33,000 nt of DNA from Laetmonice hystrix (lineage: Eukaryota). The translations under genes and the position numbers were made by a program. The DNA lies in contig OZ249445.1 of NCBI GenBank assembly GCA_965235115.1, positions 13,888,001 to 13,921,000 on the forward strand, read 5' to 3'. The notes under the pieces were generated by a model that was not told the origin of the DNA, did not search any database, and was given only the letters and a program-made list of their open reading frames with translations. Every line of letters starts with the position of its first letter. Within the stretch, counting starts at the first letter, position 1. Below are positions 25,901 to 33,000 of this stretch, piece after piece.

Positions 25901-27238
25901 CCAACCACTGTCGCCTGCAGTAAGATTTGGTGGAGAATGGAGAGGAAGCAGGTAGAACCCATTATCTCGGATTACCACCTGAGTTACAGTACTTTAAACT
26001 CAGACCTGCTCACCCTGACATGCCTGAGATCTTGCAGGCAGTAGCACCCAATGACTCCTTGCAGGGACTGTGAACACATTTTAAAATTTTAAAAACATGT
26101 TTTAACAAAACACCGACAGTGAACTGCGTAAGAAAACCTTCCCAAATTACACTGCCTTTGGCGGGGCGCAGGATATGGCGCATTTCTTAGCAAAGTTTTC
26201 CGTACAAAATCTGGTTCTATTTCATGGGGTGAACTTCACCATAAATAATGACGACTGCCTCTGGTATTTTAACACAGTGGTAGAACCCTTGTCGCAGTGA
26301 AGTCTATTGAATTGTGTGGCCAATTGTCTTGATTGACGTCCACATTAATGACGCTCCGTCCACACTAATGAAGACAGGCCCACCGACCATGACGCCTGTC
26401 CACATCACCACCAATTACAGTTTATGAGACTGGACTTCTCCACTGCTTCCTACTGAGCCGAGCTACACGAGCAAACCTACTTCACTGTCACTGTATTTTA
26501 AAGCGCCAGTCAGGTTAAATCACAACTGACGATATCCTTTAAGTCTCAAACTGACTCCTGGGGGCAATCTACTTTTTGAAGATCGGGGACCTCTTGTTTG
26601 GGCCGTGTAACCAAAACTTACCGCCCTCGTGCACTCAAGTGAGTGAATGAGTAATGGTGGTTTTAAGGCCATCTTCATGGCGAAAAGGGTAAGAATACCG
26701 GACAGCGAAAGGGGCCTATTTTATCCCGGGTCTCTACGGGAAGTGCACTCAGATAGTTTATAGACATTGCTGACATTCTAACAGCCAACAACGATGATCT
26801 TTTTTAAATCACAAACAGGGATCGACTGAAATGGAAACACCAAGAACTATATTAGAAAACGAAATTTTATTAAGGTACCGCAGTTTTGAGCAAATTTGGG
26901 AACTAGAAGGCCAATCTGTAACGTGTTTAGCCGTCGGCGATTGAATACGGTGGTTTAAAAGCCATCCCAACTGCAAGGAACCACTCATGGGGCTTCCTCC
27001 GTCATGTGAACACTCAAGAAGGACGTTCTCTGCACGAAATGACCTTCACCTCAGGCCAGACCTTGTGGTGGAGACGGCCGCGGGTGGAGTCACCATGGCA
27101 GCCAGCCTCATCCTATCCCATCATGCCTAGCGTTGGTAAAACCCCAGCTCGGACCTGACAATCCCAGGATCAATAGAGGAGCCAGTCGTATCTGGTGCTC
27201 ACCACGGCAGCCTACACACAACGTCATCGTCCGTCAGT

Positions 27239-27345
27239 GTTTTCTGGGCAGTCGAACCCAAGCTGTGGCAGCGGCTCCCTGACAAACACATCGCGAGCAG
27301 CTCTCTGTCAGCACATTTAGCAAATTGACAGCTTTTAAACCGGCT
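27239..27345 (+). mobile_element. Possible decayed 3' remnant of an L2/CR1-group LINE ORF2
   Basis: The frame from 27239 reads VFWAVEPKLWQRLPDKHIASSSLSAHLAN*, resembling the F-x4-P-x-LWN-x-LP...SSL C-terminal motif of L2/CR1-group reverse transcriptase ORFs (comparison from memory). No RT core motifs found upstream. Confidence 0.35.
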
Positions 27346-27585
27346 TTTTACTGCTCTACTATATAAAATGTCAGCTATTTTTTCTCTATCTGGAAGCAGA
27401 CCACTTCACGCGGCTCAGTTTCAAAGATATTTAACCTTGATGCAAATGGGATTAATACATAAAAGTCCTGACTTTCTCTTTCATGTCCTTTTTATCCACT
27501 TTTTGGCTGTGGAGTATATCTGACCGTGACATTCGGACCTCCTTTTAGCAGTAATGAAACAACGAAAGCTTCAAAGTCTTTTTTT

Positions 27586-27610
27586 ATGTTCCTCATGTTC
27601 CTTCATGTTC
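27586..27610. repeat. Short imperfect tandem repeat (ATGTTC x3, 9-10 nt period)
   Basis: ATGTTC at 27586, 27595 and 27605. Confidence 0.6.
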
Positions 27611-29970
27611 ATTCCCTGGAAAACAAAGGGGTAGAGCTATCTATCTTCCGTAATACTGGGCTGCATCCGGAAAACATGTCCACAACCAATCAGGCCTCAA
27701 GGTAATCCTGATGAAAGATGACCTACATGATCCCCGGCATCACGCGGCCAACAGCCAAACACACCCGGTCACCACAACTCTGCTACCATCCTACCACGCC
27801 GTTGTTCTACTCAAAGGCAACTGGATTTATAACTATGTAGTCTGATTCTTTCTATGTTTTTCTTACTTCTTATCATATCGAAATGAACAATAAACAGAGT
27901 TGACCGAGTTACTCTTGACACGAGCACCCAGACTGTGATAAATGCCCACTCCATTTGTGGCCCAATTCCTTTGGTCTGTCTAACATCAGTGCTGTCTTAG
28001 TCTGCTGTCTGCTGTCTGCGGGTTTATGTACGTGAGTACGTCACCAGTAAGATAACACTCACACAAATCTGACTACAGAGGTCAACCCAAGGTCAGAGAA
28101 GACATATCAAACTTGTCAGGATCTGTGCTGTATCAAGGTGTGGTGGATTGAGCAGGGCGGCTGAAACCTCTGAAGACCGTGTGTGGGAGCGCGCAGGTCT
28201 AGCTGAATGTATTCTAGAGGCCCTCCATGATGATAGCTGTTCCCGCCACTCAGCTCCTAAGGCTTCCACGGCAGCTCCAAACCATCAATCAACCTTGACA
28301 CTGGGGGATCTCCCAAAGGTCAGAGGTCAAACTGCAGCGCATGTGAGAGAGCTGATCGAGCATGCGTGATCTGAACAGGAACTGTGATAAAAGGAGCCTG
28401 CACGTTTCTTCGATAACACCTGGGTTATCATTACAGTATTCAGTGAGGAATAGCTCGGGAATGAAACCAGTTGTGACTTACAAATGACGAGTTGAACGGC
28501 TGGCATATCTGGCTTCAATATCCATCATTGGGTTCTGTGTGTGGGCGAAATGAACCAGACGAGTTGGCTCAACGGACTCTCAATGCTAGGATTCACCCGG
28601 GTAGTCCTGTGGTCACTACTGCCAACTCACTCGGAGCTATCACACATCTAAACACCGACGACCGACATGACCACCACCGGCATAACCTGGAAACTACGGC
28701 ACGAGGCGAGGGCGAGGGTCAGATCCGAGACCGGAGGGCATGGACAGAAAACGCCCCTGAATGAGAACATTATACAGAAAGAAATACGGTAAAACAACGT
28801 CTGAATCGGGACAAAATGAAACATTCAATGATCCCAGTAGTATTCAGAAATAATACCATGAACACTCCGGAACAAATATTCACTCTCAGATGATTGTTTA
28901 CGTCCACAGGCAGAAACTTACTCCTATGACACTATGTCACAGAGTGGAAAGCTAGAGAATGATATAGACGGAATTTGTACCTGTATGAGTACGACATCCA
29001 TTCATCCAGACGTTCAACTGGAAAACTGTTCGTAAAAATCTAATGTTCTCAATCATATTCAGCACACAGATAAAGGTTTTAGCTGAAGTAATATGCATCG
29101 AATGCTCCATCAATTGATAAAAGAACTGCATTATTTATTTATCACACTGATGCGGTCTAACACATACAAAAATCTTTCCTATAATCCTGTGGCGCAAAAT
29201 TCAATATAGAGCTGCCAGTATGTGTTATATCTTCTGGAGTTAAAAACACTTACAGTGGAACTTAGTTTACCCTACAGAATAGATCAGGGACCGTTTCTTC
29301 ATTAGTTCTGTACATAAAGCAACAAAGAAGAAGCGATACACTAAACTCAAAACCAATTACAAGTAGTTCTGATCATTCTTTGTTGAAAGACTGTGTTCTA
29401 ATGATGCGACTTAAGTGCCACATTCTGTGTTAAGAAAAACTTCTTCAAAGAAACTACATCACAACAATTTCACGCCTGATTTACCACCATACTTGTATCG
29501 TGCCTGATGTACAGCTTCTGTGACGCATGAATGAATATTGGAATCAGGTAGTCATTAAAATTCAACAAATCTGTTTTTGACTTGTAGACAGTATTTTCAT
29601 CATTGTTTAATCATCGATTGATGTTTCAGAATATAGACATCTAATCATAAAGCAGCGTGTGTCTCATCTGGGATCCGGCTGCCCGGCTTTCTCCATCATA
29701 ATCTCCCTACATCTCAAACGTTTCCCACAGAGCACTTTTTCTATCTCAATATTCTCTTCAATTGGTCGCTCTGAGCGGTATGAAATAGAAAGAAGATGGT
29801 ACATAAATTTGTGTTATTTGCACTATTCTTTTTAAATTGTACTACATATATAAAATAGAAGTGGTAGATGTTTAAACTTTTATGATCACTGGAATATGAC
29901 TGATCCATAGAAATGATTTGTACCGAGGGAGGTAATGAAATCAGAGACATCCTAATGGCAACGAGACACT

Positions 29971-29994
29971 CAGGAATCAAGGCAGGAATCAAGG
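29971..29994. repeat. Exact 12-bp tandem duplication
   Basis: CAGGAATCAAGG x2. Confidence 0.9.
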
Positions 29995-31790
29995 AATGTA
30001 TACCATCCACCCTATCACCAAAAACTCAATATAATGCTATCTACGCCTACGTTACACATTAGAGCAGACATCTCAGCACAAGCTTACAGAGTATGCATAC
30101 GGGTAAATGAGGTCATTGTGGAGGATGGACTGGGTAACACCACACTCTCAGCAACACCCTCTGTTTTCTGTCTCCATACTTGTGGAAATTCGGTGTGATT
30201 AATGGCGAGCTGGAACATGGCCGCCCGTCCCGAGACTGGAGGCCTGGGAAGGTCACTCGAGAAGGTCCGCCCGTTGACACAAACACCACACCACACAGCT
30301 CCAACTATTCTTGCCACCAATTCCTCACATTCTTCTCCACTGAAGTCAAAGTGGAGACCGTTTTTTATATCGACAGTTTCTACCCTTTCTCAGTCCCAGA
30401 CTAGGACAATTCAACTTGCAGTGTCTAGACACTCAAGGCGGATTGACCGGTATAAATGAAATTATCATTGATGCCACTGGAATATGCAGTGACCAAAAAT
30501 ACCTGGACTACCTGTTGAACTTGTCGAGTTATATACCACATTATTTTGTCAGAAAGACCAGACAAGCGTCAGGAAACCTAAAATGGTATTTTTTTTATAG
30601 TTTTACCAAAGTTAAGAGTCACTACGTGAAACATATCAGCGAGTGGCTGCCAGGCATGTTGTCTGACCGTGTGAACACCGGGCCACTGTAATTTCCCGGA
30701 AACATATTTCAAAGTGATTATTGATGGTGGAATTAATTCCATAGCCGCCTGGGGACTGATGATTAACTGGATGTATTACAATTTAGTCTTTTTAGTTTTT
30801 AGTGCATTTCTATAATCCGTGATAAATTACTTCATTATTTTGTTCCTATATGGTTCATTAAGAGAAAGATATGCCGTCAATGAGGCTTTATTAGTATTCA
30901 ACGCAATCAAGAGGTTCCTTCCCACGCAGTGAAATATGGTGTACTCGACAAAAATCTGCAGTTGGTTTCCAGGAAGATCAAAGCTGCTAAAATAACATCT
31001 CTTACCCACAAATATACAAAGACGATTCTCCATTTTTGACATTCCCAGCTAGTCTGATTTTTGCCGACCCTGTCTCAGGATCCTGTATGACTGATTGTAG
31101 ACTGTTAGCACCGCCCGACATTATCAAACAGGTCAATCAGATGTTGCTATAGGAAACACGCAAAGTCTGGAGACACTGTGGAAGCCAGATCCTGTGAAAG
31201 GGCGCTCCTTTCCCTTTGTAAACAAATCGGACTCACAATCTTTTCAAATGATTAACTTCGAGAGAAACAATTTTTTCAACAAATTCAAATACGTTCCTCG
31301 TGATTAATTCCTTTGCTAATGTTCAATTAGCCACGGGTTTCAACTTTGCCTGTTCCGATGCCAACATTTTCAAAACGTCACAGTTTCACATCGCTCAAAC
31401 GAAAGACACACGAGATATTTTGGTCCATGATCAGACTGAAAGACTGAGTATTTATTTATTTATATTAGCGCAGTAGTACGTTCAACCTTTCTTTGCTTGC
31501 CTGGAATATTCATCGTTGGAAACTATCAATCTTCATAACAAAAACCAAACCATTTAAAATTCAAATCGCTCACACATTATACATTTTCTTGTATCTATCA
31601 GGGGAAAAACCGCCGGCTGAATGTGTTTTGTCCATGGGTTTTTGATACAAGCACTCGCAGAATCTTGCAATCTATGCCTTATCTGTTTTGTGCGTCTGGA
31701 AACAGTCGGGGACACTAAGATCCCTCGCCTTTACTAACCACTAGCCAGCCTCCCAGTTCCGAATAGTACAAGGAATGATTCAAAGCCTAT

Positions 31791-31818
31791 TTTGTAAATG
31801 CAACTTTGTAAATGCAAC
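31791..31818. repeat. Exact 14-bp tandem duplication
   Basis: TTTGTAAATGCAAC x2. Confidence 0.9.
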
Positions 31819-31937
31819 TGCTGTACGTCCGTGAGTGATCAATAAACTGTACAGATGAGTACGGCATCGGTCGATACTCCTGGAACCGCACTGTAAGATC
31901 GGGGGCACGACTTATATGTATATGGTCGACACTGGCA

Positions 31938-32060
31938 GTAGCTGTAGGAAATGACAGGCAAAAGGCAACTAAAGTACCGTAGCTGTAGGAAATGACAGGC
32001 AAAAGGCAACTAAAGTACCGTAGCTGTAGGAAATGACAGGCAAAAGGCAACTAAAGTACC
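31938..32060. repeat. Exact 41-bp minisatellite, 3 copies
   Basis: GTAGCTGTAGGAAATGACAGGCAAAAGGCAACTAAAGTACC at 31938-31978, 31979-32019 and 32020-32060; identical, head to tail, no spacers. Confidence 0.98.
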
Positions 32061-32519
32061 AGAAACTACTCACACGTTGGAAACCTTGAGAAATTCCGTC
32101 TGATAATTTGTGTGCGTTTAAAAGGCTTGTAATCCCGGAGATGAAATCTAACTGCGAACACACGTGTTTACGTACTACTAAACAAAGAGTGAACCAGTAT
32201 CCATCCTGACATGTTAGGTTTTTTGGATCATATTATAAAAACACTAAAAATGAAACTGTTATTGTATGCCGGTGTTGAGGAGCATTTGTAAATTATATAT
32301 TACTAGTCACGTTGCGTTGACCTTTCAATGGACCTATTCGAGTTTTACGTTGCTATCTGAATCCTTACATTCACAGACAACCTATCGTACACTACACAAC
32401 TGAACGGAAGAAACATAACTACAAGGAGCCAACTTTAACCAAATACTTTCCAATTTCCTGAAATATCATTTTCAGGGTTCACCTAGTAGGTCAGTGAGCT
32501 TTATTCTTTCTGCCCTGTC

Positions 32520-32549
32520 TGATATCATCTCATGATATCATGATATCAT
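32520..32549. repeat. TGATATCA repeats forming an 18-bp perfect palindrome
   Basis: TGATATCA at 32520, 32533 and 32541; ATGATATCATGATATCAT (32532-32549) equals its own reverse complement. Confidence 0.85.
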
Positions 32550-33000
32550 CATATCTCTACAGTGGCTATTGATATCGTGAATGTGATTTACCCATAACAA
32601 ATAGAACGACTGTACGTATCCTGTGTATCAAGTCCACTGCTCGCTGAACGAACCGCATTAAAACTCCAGAGCTCTGCAATACAGAAGCTCCGGCTTTCAA
32701 TATGCCTAGGTTTGGAATAAAGTATCTATTTTGTAGTGGATGACTTCTGGGGTCTGCCACAAAGACACTTCAAGGTGTTCAACAAATGGTCCTTAACGTT
32801 AGGCATATATTCAACCTCAAAGAAACCCTTCATCTTCTTCCACCCAACAAACACACGAAGGTTCTTGTGAAGATGGGCACACAGGAGCAGATCAGAGAGC
32901 AAGGCTTTCTATGAAAAGCTGAGTTTGGCAAAGATGGGTATCGTACTGACACTGACAAAAGGGTGCCATGTGGTGGTGGCAATGCACGATTACGTTTGTA

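Noticed and set aside
19951-26214. 20/24 similarity between TTTTACGTACAAAATC (about 19957) and TTTTCCGTACAAAATC (about 26196)
   Set aside because: AT-rich, does not extend, within chance.
26656-26966. 16/18 direct repeat GGTGGTTT(T/A)A(AG/AA)GCCATC at 26656 and 26949
   Set aside because: Too short to be LTRs, no extension, near chance.
27248-27262. B-box-like GGTTCGACTGC on the minus strand (tRNA or SINE)
   Set aside because: No A-box at the right distance and no cloverleaf.
12618-27296. 16-bp inverted match TCGCGATGTGTTTGTC (12618-12633 vs 27281-27296)
   Set aside because: One 16-mer match in 33 kb is near chance and the flanks do not extend it.
31938-32060. 41-bp repeats as a CRISPR array
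   Set aside because: Units are contiguous with no spacers and no cas genes; ordinary minisatellite.
32898-33000. GNAT-like AFYEKL peptide at the window edge
   Set aside because: Six-residue resemblance only, with no surrounding acetyltransferase motifs.
1-33000. Possibility that the sequence is reversed or complemented only
   Set aside because: GpC looked low in one sampled stretch (1021-1800), but spot translations of reverse-only and complement-only readings gave no long ORFs, and the MITE termini read CAGGG...CCCTG correctly as given.

Overview
This window looks like non-coding animal (metazoan) genomic DNA, roughly 42-44% GC by eye. It does not look prokaryotic: the longest ORF in the track is 125 aa, no ORF resembles a family I can name, and I see no rRNA, tRNA, CRISPR array or operon structure. 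The style (TGACCT/AGGTCA, TACATGTA, GACCACCTG and CCATGGCAAC-type motifs, CpG not strongly depleted) suggests a marine invertebrate such as amphioxus, but that is an unverified impression. Best-supported features: a 416-bp non-autonomous hAT-like element with terminal inverted repeats (3066-3481), an exact 3 x 41-bp tandem repeat (31938-32060), a degenerate 37-bp G-rich minisatellite between two G-quadruplex motifs (12982-13436), and several short tandem repeats. Weaker candidates: an L2/CR1-type LINE C-terminal remnant, a recursive-splice-like AG|GTGAGT site with a 44-nt exon on the minus strand, and a few isolated exon candidates on both strands. I did not find a convincing novel biological system; all findings are modest and need alignment or RNA-seq data.
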